Shown here: in pieces, positions 55,896 to 64,000 of the stretch
Position numbering within the stretch: position 1 is the stretch's first letter
How the letters are laid out: every line of letters begins with the position of its first letter
Source: an uncultured bacterium
GTDB lineage: Bacteria > Verrucomicrobiota > Verrucomicrobiia > Limisphaerales > UBA8199
Reading direction: 5' to 3'
NCBI GenBank assembly: GCA_963749495.1
Contig: CAVVMW010000023.1
Span: 704,001-768,000, forward strand
Length of the DNA: 64,000 nucleotides
Notes under the pieces: model-generated
What the model saw: only the letters and a program-made list of their open reading frames with translations
Told to the model about the DNA's origin: nothing
Database searches by the model: none
Translations under genes and position numbers: made by a program

Positions 55896-58800
55896 TTACT
55901 CGGTGAGAGACTCAATGTGGGTCTTGGTGCAAGCTACCAATTGGTTCAACTGGGAAACGTTGAGGCTCGCGCCGGGGCGATTGGCGTTGAGAAAGGTTCG
56001 AGCCTCGTTGGCGCAGTTACCCCATTTGATTCGGGTTTCAACACCTTTCACCACGACATCAACGCGTTGTTCGAGGGCGAGGCCCTGTTGCGGGAGATTC
56101 AGGGTGGCAAGGTTCCCTTTGACGAGGCCCATGCGGTGTCTGGAGTCGCCAATTTTGGCGAAGTCAATTTCGTCCTGTTTTTCGAGCCAGCGGGGGAAGA
56201 ACTGGATAACGGCCTGGCGGCACTGTTCGATCATCGGTTCGACCAGCTTAAACTGTTCGGGAGTCCAGGCTTTGGGACTCTGTAGCATCTCGGAGTGAAG
56301 TTTGTGAAAGGCTTCGCCCCAGCGACTGAGGTTCCCCGCATTTTTGTGCTCATAGGCGTCATCGTAGTCGGAATGGAGCTTTGAGCATTTCTGCTCCCAG
56401 CGTTCGAGGGACGCCTTGGCCTGCGAGGTTTGAAGCTCCAGGAGTTGATGGCGGTCGAAAAGGAACCCGGGAATCTGGACGGAGTTGCGGAGGGTGGCAG
56501 CCTTTTTGCCCCAGTCAACTTTATCAACGTGTGTCTGGGCGGCTTCCCACTCAGCGAGCAGTCTTTCCCACGCGTCGGATTCAATCTTTTTGACGAGGCG
56601 GAGATGGGTTTCGTCGAGGACATCGAGCTGCAGAAGGCTTCGGTTACCGAAAGCCTGAGATATCCAAGCGGAGGGATTGGTAGCTTTGCCGCTGAGCGTG
56701 AAGGCGAGTTTATCGCGGCGAGCGCTGATGAACAGGCCAAGGAGGAGGCCGGCGGAGGCGAGGTTGCAGCCGAAGGGGGGCAGGCAGAGGTTACGAATCT
56801 CCTGGCCCAGGGCGAGTCCGTGGTTTTTGTCGAGGGACTCCTGCAAGGCGCGGAAGATAGAGGCGGCCTCCCTGTGCTTGGGGAGGAGTTGGACATGGCC
56901 GTCCGGGCCGATTACATCCCAGCCGCTGGCGAGAAGGAGAGCTCGGGCGCGGTTCTGCATCTGGGCTGGCCGGGCCTGTATCCAATCGTGGGTGAGGTCT
57001 CCCTGGAAAAGGGCGATAGTGAGTTCGCGGCAGTCGCGGGCGGCGTTGCCCTGGGTCGTCTGATAGCCATCGAAGGGGAAGCAAAGGGCGTGGGGATAGA
57101 GAGCCTGGAAGAGACTGGCACCAAAGGCGTCGAGGCGAGCGGGCTGGATGGCGACGTTGGAATGGCAAACGTAGGAACGCTCCTTGATGCGGTCGGCGAT
57201 TTCGTTGGTGAGTTCGTCGAGGAGCTGGCTCTCGCGCTCGGCGATGAAGTTGGTGAACTGGGCGACCTCGGGGGTGCCGGCGGTGTTCTTGAGAACGACC
57301 CACTCGGCGATAGCGCTTGCGAGGTCGCCGGATTTGTCGTGCAGGAGGACGGCGAAGATAGGGAGGGTCTTCCAGTTGCGGCCTTTGTCGGCGGCCAGTT
57401 CGGCGAGGGTAGTGCGGACGGTTACCTGGGTGTCCTGGATGTCGTCGTCGGGGCCGACGTAGCAGAAGATGACGCGGCCACGGGCGGTTTCAACATCGAA
57501 GGCTTGCGACCAGTCGGTGTAGGCTTCACGCAGGTGCTGCGGGAGGAGCTGGGGGCAGGAGCAAGCAGCTTCAAAGCGCCACTCCTTGGTTTGAATGCGG
57601 AGTTCCTCGGCGAAGGCGGGTTTGATCTCACCCAGATGGGATGACCAGCTTTGGCCGTAGCTGGCAAAGAGTTCCCCGAGTTGTTCGGGGGTGATGGAAC
57701 CGATCTTCTCGCGGAGCCATTTATCGAAGGCAGCGCGGGGGACAGCGTCCCCGATAATCTCGTATCTGTTGGCGCGGGCGTTCCAGCCGATGACTCCGTA
57801 GTCGGCGGTAAGTTTTTGGAGGGCGCGGTTGGTGTCGTGGGAGGAGGTTCCCGCGAGCATGGTGAGGGCCTGGTTGGCCTCGCTCTGGGCGCCCACACGG
57901 AGGCCGATCTTACTGGAGATGAGAATGGCGCGGAGGAGGTGGTCCTCCTGGGGCGTGAGATTGTGCTCGTAACGATCGCGTACGGCCATGAAGGCGTGGG
58001 CGATGGCGGCTTGTTGGCCGTAGCTTTCGGCGCCGATGAGCTCTTTGACGACGGCGTCGGTGCAGACGGTCGCCGCGGACAGGGACCAGGGTTGGCCGTC
58101 GGGGACTGCGGCCGTACGGTGAAGGGAGATAGCGTCTTCGAGAAGGGAGACGGCGGAGCGTTGCTGGAGGGATTTCCCTACGGAGGCCAGGCGATAGAGG
58201 AACCAGGTAGCGGCTGGGTGGAGCGGCCAGCACCCTTCCTTGACGATCTTGGCAAACCGGGCCGGGTCGCACCACAGCGCATGGTCTTCCCAGCCTGGGA
58301 GCCATTTCCGCATGAGGGCGAAGTGGGGGTCGTCGGTTTTGGTGGCGTCGGCGGCCGTCTGAATAGCGGGAGGGTTGCGCTTCTCGATCAGGCTAGCGAA
58401 GATGGTTTCGAGGTTGGTGGAGAGGTAAACCTTGCGGGCGGTGTCGAAGCGGCCGATGTAGCGATTGATTTCGTCGCGATGATCCTGGGCGACGCGAGCG
58501 ATGTAAGCTTTAAGCTCGTGCTGGATGAAGCAGAGGAGGTGGAGGCAATGGGGGTTGGCCTGGACGCCCTCGAAAAGCTGCTGGAGGCCGGCGCTGCCGG
58601 CGATGTGAGGTCGTTCGACGGCGAACTCGAGGTAGCGACCGAACTCGTCGAAAATGATCAGGAGGCCTTGGAAGGGGCCATCCTTGCCACAATACGCGGT
58701 GGCGACAACGGCGAGGAGATCCTGAAGGGACTCGCGGCCGACGGCGCTGATGGCTACGCCGTTGGCCTCTTCAAAGACCTGGTTGACGACCTTGAAGGCG

Positions 58801-59480
58801 TGTTCGTCGCCCTGGCCGAGGCGGGCGACGAGTTCCTTCTTGGAAAGGTCCGCACCGAAGTGGGCGGAAAAATCCTTCCGGTACAAGTCGAAGCTCCGCT
58901 GGACGAACTTCTCGGCGGCTTTGAAGCGGGGCCGCAACTCCTCGATGGGAGTGGTATCAAGGTTAAGGGCGCGCAAGCGCAGGAGAAGCAGCTCGGTAAT
59001 CCTGGAGGCAAGGTCGAAGTTCTCCATGCCGTTGATGGCGAGGACGAGGAACGGCTTGGCGTGGTGCTGGAGGTCGTGGCGGATTTCCTCGGCCAGAGGC
59101 TTATCAACGGTGCGGATATTGTCGAGAATCCGTTTGGATTCGGGGCCGCTTGGATCGCCAAAGAGAGTGGCCAGAGTGAGGCCAAGATGGGATTTGCCAG
59201 TGCCGTAACCGGCAATGGCGAGGGTGAAGGGGTTGTCAGCGGCGGCGTCTTTAGCGAAGGAGCGGACGACGTCGCGGGTGAAGGTGGCGGTATCGGTGAG
59301 GCGGTGGTCGCGGGCGGCCCCGAGGTCCTGTTGAGCAACGCCATGGTAGGACGGGCCGTGGAAGACGAAGCTAGAGGCGGCCTGTTTGGTGCGGGGTTGG
59401 TCGGTGTAAAACCAACTGATTTGAACAGCGCCTTCAAACAGCTGCTCCCGGCGGAAGGCAACGAGATCGGCGAGTTTCAT
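55896..59480 (-). CDS. Large P-loop ATPase (SspC/BrxC-like), C-terminus cut by IS66
   Basis: Walker A AGYGTGKSH, Walker B LIIFDEFGRYLE and WPLHP. The stop codon comes from the IS66 end. Confidence 0.75.
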   Translation of the reverse strand: MKLADLVAFRREQLFEGAVQISWFYTDQPRTKQAASSFVFHGPSYHGVAQQDLGAARDHRLTDTATFTRDVVRSFAKDAAADNPFTLAIAGYGTGKSHLGLTLATLFGDPSGPESKRILDNIRTVDKPLAEEIRHDLQHHAKPFLVLAINGMENFDLASRITELLLLRLRALNLDTTPIEELRPRFKAAEKFVQRSFDLYRKDFSAHFGADLSKKELVARLGQGDEHAFKVVNQVFEEANGVAISAVGRESLQDLLAVVATAYCGKDGPFQGLLIIFDEFGRYLEFAVERPHIAGSAGLQQLFEGVQANPHCLHLLCFIQHELKAYIARVAQDHRDEINRYIGRFDTARKVYLSTNLETIFASLIEKRNPPAIQTAADATKTDDPHFALMRKWLPGWEDHALWCDPARFAKIVKEGCWPLHPAATWFLYRLASVGKSLQQRSAVSLLEDAISLHRTAAVPDGQPWSLSAATVCTDAVVKELIGAESYGQQAAIAHAFMAVRDRYEHNLTPQEDHLLRAILISSKIGLRVGAQSEANQALTMLAGTSSHDTNRALQKLTADYGVIGWNARANRYEIIGDAVPRAAFDKWLREKIGSITPEQLGELFASYGQSWSSHLGEIKPAFAEELRIQTKEWRFEAACSCPQLLPQHLREAYTDWSQAFDVETARGRVIFCYVGPDDDIQDTQVTVRTTLAELAADKGRNWKTLPIFAVLLHDKSGDLASAIAEWVVLKNTAGTPEVAQFTNFIAERESQLLDELTNEIADRIKERSYVCHSNVAIQPARLDAFGASLFQALYPHALCFPFDGYQTTQGNAARDCRELTIALFQGDLTHDWIQARPAQMQNRARALLLASGWDVIGPDGHVQLLPKHREAASIFRALQESLDKNHGLALGQEIRNLCLPPFGCNLASAGLLLGLFISARRDKLAFTLSGKATNPSAWISQAFGNRSLLQLDVLDETHLRLVKKIESDAWERLLAEWEAAQTHVDKVDWGKKAATLRNSVQIPGFLFDRHQLLELQTSQAKASLERWEQKCSKLHSDYDDAYEHKNAGNLSRWGEAFHKLHSEMLQSPKAWTPEQFKLVEPMIEQCRQAVIQFFPRWLEKQDEIDFAKIGDSRHRMGLVKGNLATLNLPQQGLALEQRVDVVVKGVETRIKWGNCANEARTFLNANRPGASLNVSQLNQLVACTKTHIESLTE

Positions 59481-59492
59481 AGGTATGACGTT

Positions 59493-60326
59493 CTAAACGA
59501 GATCCTGATAGATGGTGGGCCAGACCTCGGCGGAAGGGCAGAGGCGGGTGATGACCCAGGGGCGAAGCTGGCGGTTAACATCAACGAAGCCGCGTTCCTG
59601 GATAAGCGCCAGCAGGTGGTCGCATTGAGCGGAGGACCAGCCGCCGACATCCTGCCAGTTGGAGGCCGATTGAAGGTCGTTGGCGGCGACCTCGCGCTGG
59701 TCGGGGAAATGGATTTCGAGGAGAGCGAGCAGCCAAGCGGCGTAGCCTGTGAGGAACTCGTTGGAAATGGGGGCAGGGTTGCGGCGGTAGGGTGCGTTTT
59801 CGGCGGTGGACAGCAGGCGGGTATCGAGGAGGGCGGCAGTGTCGGTATAGGTGCGAAAGAGCGGGCCGACAAGGGAGGTCTGAAGCTGGCCGCCGGACTG
59901 GTCCTGGAGGAATTGTTCGACCTGGGCCGGGTCGAGGGAATCGCCGAGAATGGGGCAACCTTTGACAAAAGTGAGAAACCAAGCCTCGGCGCCGGCATCG
60001 GGGCGGCAGAGGTGAAGGTGAGCGAGCCACTGGGAGAGTGGAAGCTTGAGGAACTTGTCTTCGAGAAAGACGACGCGGCCGAAGTGGGTCAGGCGGGGAG
60101 ATTTGATGGCTCCGCGTTTGCCGGGGAGCGTAACCAAGCCCATCGCGCAGCAATAATCGAGTATGGCTGGAGTTTTGCCATCGCTCTTGCCCATGGGAAT
60201 TCCCGTCTGAGTGGAGATCTCCTGGATGGTGCCACTCTTCTCAGAGGCGGCTAACGAGAGCATGGCCGTGAGGTAAATCCTTTCGGGGACAAACGTGCGG
60301 TGGAAGCTGAACGGCAGACGCGGCAT
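59493..60326 (-). CDS. DUF4007-like (SspB-like) protein
   Basis: FSFHRTF...LTHFGRVVFLEDKFL...QWLAHLHL matches the DUF4007 pattern as recalled. Lies directly upstream of the ATPase. Confidence 0.6.
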   Translation of the reverse strand: MPRLPFSFHRTFVPERIYLTAMLSLAASEKSGTIQEISTQTGIPMGKSDGKTPAILDYCCAMGLVTLPGKRGAIKSPRLTHFGRVVFLEDKFLKLPLSQWLAHLHLCRPDAGAEAWFLTFVKGCPILGDSLDPAQVEQFLQDQSGGQLQTSLVGPLFRTYTDTAALLDTRLLSTAENAPYRRNPAPISNEFLTGYAAWLLALLEIHFPDQREVAANDLQSASNWQDVGGWSSAQCDHLLALIQERGFVDVNRQLRPWVITRLCPSAEVWPTIYQDLV

Positions 60327-60336
60327 GGGGAAAGGG

Positions 60337-63300
60337 TTAGGTGGTGTGGACGGTCACGCGGGACTCGATGGGAGCGATCAAGATGCGGAACTGTTTTGTC
60401 TCCAATACCCCAGCCTGGCTGAGAGAGGGCCCGACGGAATAGCATTCGCCCTTCTTCAATTTAGAGAGGTGCTGGACCCAGACTTCGGATTTCTCGCCAG
60501 TGGAATTGGCGAGGATGGCGGCATATTCCTGAAGTTCGGTCTCGGCAGGACGGAAAAAGAGCTTGTGGGCAGCCTGGAACATGCGGTCTTGTTCATCCTG
60601 CTTTAGGTTACTGAGGGTCTGGGTAGCGAGAATGAGTGCGAAGCCGAACTTGCGACCCTCGGTGAGGAGACCGCCGACGGGGCTGTCGAGTTTGTGGCTG
60701 AGGTTCTGGGCTTCGTCGAGGACGACAACTTTGGGCCGGTCTTTGCCGCCGGAACCGCGATAATACCAATAAAGGTCAATGAGCGAGAACTCGGTGACGA
60801 GGCGAGCGAAATCCTTACTGGAGCCAACCAGTTGCAGGATGTGGCAGCGGGAGAGGTGATCCGAATACCAGGCGTCCCAGCTCCCGACTTTTTCCTGACC
60901 GAAGGGGGTAGCGTCCACGAAGGGTTGGATTTTGCTGAGGACGGAGGCGGCAAAGGATGACTGGGCAGATTCCTCGTCGATCGTGGCTTGGAGCATTTCT
61001 GGCAACTTGTCGAGGCACATCTTGTCGCCGTAGGCTTCGATGCCAGCCTTGACGACGGAGTAAAGGGCGCTTGTCTGTTGATCGCCCATATTGTAAACGT
61101 CACCGAAAACGTCCTTGATGCGCTGGGCAGTGTTGACGATTTTCTCCGGCTGCGGGGTGTTGCCGATGAGGTTAACCTGGCGACGGAAGGGATTGATGGG
61201 GACGGGCTCGAACTGAACGCGATGCTGAGTAGGGTTGAGAAAGTCGCGGCTTGCGGTTCTCAAGTTGATTATCCTCGAAGCCATTGGTGTAGTCCACGAT
61301 GAGGGAGTTTTGGCCGGCCTTAGCCAGCTCGCAGAGGATGGCCTGAATAGCGTAGGTCTTGCCCATGCCTGAGCTGCCGAAGATGAGGAGGTGGCGGTTG
61401 GACAATTGGGGGTGACCAAACTCCCAATAGACGAGACGACTGCCGGTGGAATCTTTGCCGAGATACAACCGTTGAGGGATGGGAGGTGAGGGTTGAGTGA
61501 TGCTCTCTGGTGATGTGTGAGGCTTAGGGCCAGGCGCTTGGGGCGTGACGGGGGCCGCCGGCGCTGGGGCAGCGGGGGCTGGACCTGGCGCCTCGGGAGC
61601 GGGCGGAGGGGTGGGCGGCTTGGGTTCAGCCTGCCAACCGGCGAGGCAAAGGGGTTGATTGCTTGAGGGGAGAACCGGGGAGATGGTGCCGGCGCAAAGG
61701 TTGCGGATGAGGTGGCAACCGGTGGCGACGTTATCAATACGCATGGTCTGGCCTTCGAACTCGAAATCCCAGCCGTCCTCCAAGGTGCAAACCGCGTCGT
61801 TGCGATCGCACCAGAAGGTAACGGCGGTGGCTTGCCAGCAGATGCTGAAGTAGCCCTCGGTAAGTTTTTCGAGAGCGGCGATGGTCTTGGCCTGGTCGGG
61901 CTGTTTGACCTGGCTCTTGCTGGCAATAAGCCGATGGAGTTGGAGCCACCAGTAGCGTTGGTCGGGTCTTTGGCGTTTGCGATCGGATTCTTGGGTGCGC
62001 GGGCGAAAGCAGGCGATGAGATGGCGGAGGCCGTTGTCGAGCCTGCTCGTGGGCCTTGATTACGTGATCTTCGTTTTGAAGGGCCAGTTTACATTCAATC
62101 AAGTGAGCGGTCAGGTGAATGCGGTCGTCCACGATACGGGCGCGCAGGTGGAGGAGGTCCGGACGCTTGGCCAAAGGGGTGTCATCGAACCAGTGGCGGA
62201 AGGCGTCGAGGGAGACGATTTGGTCGCACACGACATCCTTGTCCTGGGGAATGAGTTTGCGGATGAGGGCATAGGCAACGTAATCACGGATGTACTCACT
62301 GGCGCCGGTGGCTTTGACGAGGGACAGGCCGGAAACCCAGCGAGACTGGGCGAGGACACTTTCAGCGATGATGTCATTGTTGTCGGTCTCCCAGGGACCG
62401 AGCAACTCGCCGACTTGAAGGGCGATTTTGGAACGTAAGTCCGCGAGGTGGAAAAACTCGGTGGAGATAGTGTAGTTATGCTCGCCGTGGGCGCCGACGC
62501 CGGTGCCAAAGCCGATGATTTCGCGCTGCCATTTACCCTGGACGAGCTTGCCGACCAAGCGTTCGTCCACGCAGGGTCAATGCATACCACCCAGGCACTG
62601 CGGCGGTGGAACTCATCCACCGCCCTTTCCCAAACAGTGAAGTCGCCGATGCCAAGGACAACGTGGTGAAGGCCAGGGGCTTTATCCAATTTCAGACGGG
62701 CCATGACCTCGGCGTGGAGGGTGGAGAGACGGAACTGCCGATTGCTGATGACGCGTTCGCGGCGGTTGCGGTAGGCAGGTTTTTCGAGAGCGCAGCAGAC
62801 TTTCTCGAGGATGGGGAACTTGCGCCGGTTGTCCATCTCCTCGTAAGGCGTGATGAGGGTAAAGTCGTTTCCGTCTTTGCCGGCGCCGATGAAGTTCATC
62901 AGGAAGACAAGGTCCGCCTCGAAGGAATTGGCGAGGATCTTGACCAACTGATCGTAGTTTTTATCGGGGGTAATGATGCGGTGAGCGACAGAGATGTCGC
63001 ATTGAGCGTAGTGGCTGAACTTGGGGTTAGCGGCGGCCGAGTTCCAGCGGTCGCGCCATTCCTCGATCCACCGGACAACGTCGGTATCGTCGGAGGTTTC
63101 CGAGAAGACGGTGACTGCGAGATGATAGATACCGGCGGTAGCTGGGGAGTCGGCGTCTGGCACGATCAGGCCGCGGACGAAGGCATCAAGTCCAGCAACC
63201 AGTGGTTGGATGTCGCCGCCGCAGTAAGCGGCGATGCGGATGCCATCTTTGGCCTGGGGATGAAGTTGACGATAATCATCGAGGGTGCGTTCGATGAGGA

Positions 63301-64000
63301 CCGAATCGCGGGTTTGGCGAAAGAGGTCAGCATCCGTGATTTCGTCGCCCTCGGCGCCTTCATAACGGAGCAAAACGCGGGTGGTGAGGGTGGCTTCGGA
63401 AAGCGGTGGATTGCCGAGGAGGTGGATCAGGCCGTTGTCCTGGATTTGGGTGACGAGGCGTTTCTCCGCGTCGCAGAGGAGGCCGGTTAGGGGCAGTTTA
63501 ATTCTGGCGAGATCGAGGATGTAGGCCCATTTGCGGTCGGTGAAGGAACGAGAGCGGGTGACGGCGAGGTCCTGTTCAACAGCGTGGCAGAAGACGTCGC
63601 ACAGGAAAGCGCGTTGATGTTCGAGCAATTCGATGAGAGATGGGTGGAGGGCGGTGACCGCGGCAGCGGGCTCGAACGGGTCCCAATGCCAGCGGTCGGT
63701 GCGTGTGAGGGAGTCGCTGCCGAGAGTGAGGAACGCCTTGAACAGGAGGGGGCCGGTGTCGCTATTGGCGGCGGGGCCGGGGCTGACAAATTTCTTGTAG
63801 GCGCTTTGAAAGGCGGCGAGCAATTTCCAACCGCTCTCGAGGCCTTTATAGAAACCGTCTTCGTGGACGGCTTTGATGAAGCGACCATATTCGAAGGCCA
63901 GGATCCGCAGATCGGGGAGGAGAGGGTCGGTGGGCGGGAGCTCTGGCGCCTGAAGCAGGTCGAGCATCTCGCATTGGTCGCTACGGAGGCACTGGAGGAG
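60337..64000 (-). CDS. Large protein with a PD-(D/E)xK-like region and a C-terminal HerA/FtsK-type ATPase (DptH/DndH-like); partial, three frameshifts
   Basis: Fragments join at about 62575, 62045 and 61250. Motifs RPDLL...LIECKL, IFGSSGMGKT, VVLDEAQNL and EGRKFGFALILATQ. Runs off the window edge. Confidence 0.7.

Larger units (their letters stand above)
53478..55899 (-). mobile_element. IS66-family element carrying a DUF4338 gene
   Basis: Perfect 13-bp terminal inverted repeat GTAACTACTCAGG / CCTGAGTAGTTAC with IS66-type GTAA ends. The flanks differ. Confidence 0.9.

Noticed and set aside
57651..60254. 867-aa plus-strand ORF and similar long antisense ORFs (e.g. 4749-6893, 49040-50560, 56430-57644)
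   Set aside because: They are shadows of motif-bearing genes on the opposite strand, caused by GC-rich codon bias.

Overview
GC-rich accessory DNA, probably a large plasmid, ICE or genomic island. A Verrucomicrobiota-like host is inferred from protein style only. The window contains, left to right: (1) an IS1380-family element (32-2312) whose transposase is broken twice by the same perfect 20-bp palindrome, CCTGCCTGCCGGCAGGCAGG; (2) about 26.5 kb of three giant repeat-rich exported proteins (over 5,500, about 2,170 and about 1,120 aa once frameshifts are joined), then three smaller, probably exported proteins; (3) a hipBA toxin-antitoxin pair with three operators exactly 50 bp apart, and an orphan C5 DNA methyltransferase; (4) an extra sigma-70 factor followed directly by a compact orphan reverse transcriptase (RT) with an unusual C-terminal domain; (5) a thermonuclease, two pilin-like genes, a helicase remnant and clpC; (6) a large hypothetical gene split by a four-gene IS21 element with a 5-bp target duplication; (7) an IS66-family element carrying DUF4338; and (8) a truncated defence-like operon (large nuclease/HerA-FtsK ATPase, DUF4007-like protein, large ATPase) resembling Ssp/Dnd phosphorothioate or BREX-related loci. 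About 13 single-base frameshifts are scattered across unrelated genes and are probably long-read assembly errors. No rRNA, tRNA or CRISPR array was seen. All family assignments come from motif recognition by eye, not database searches.
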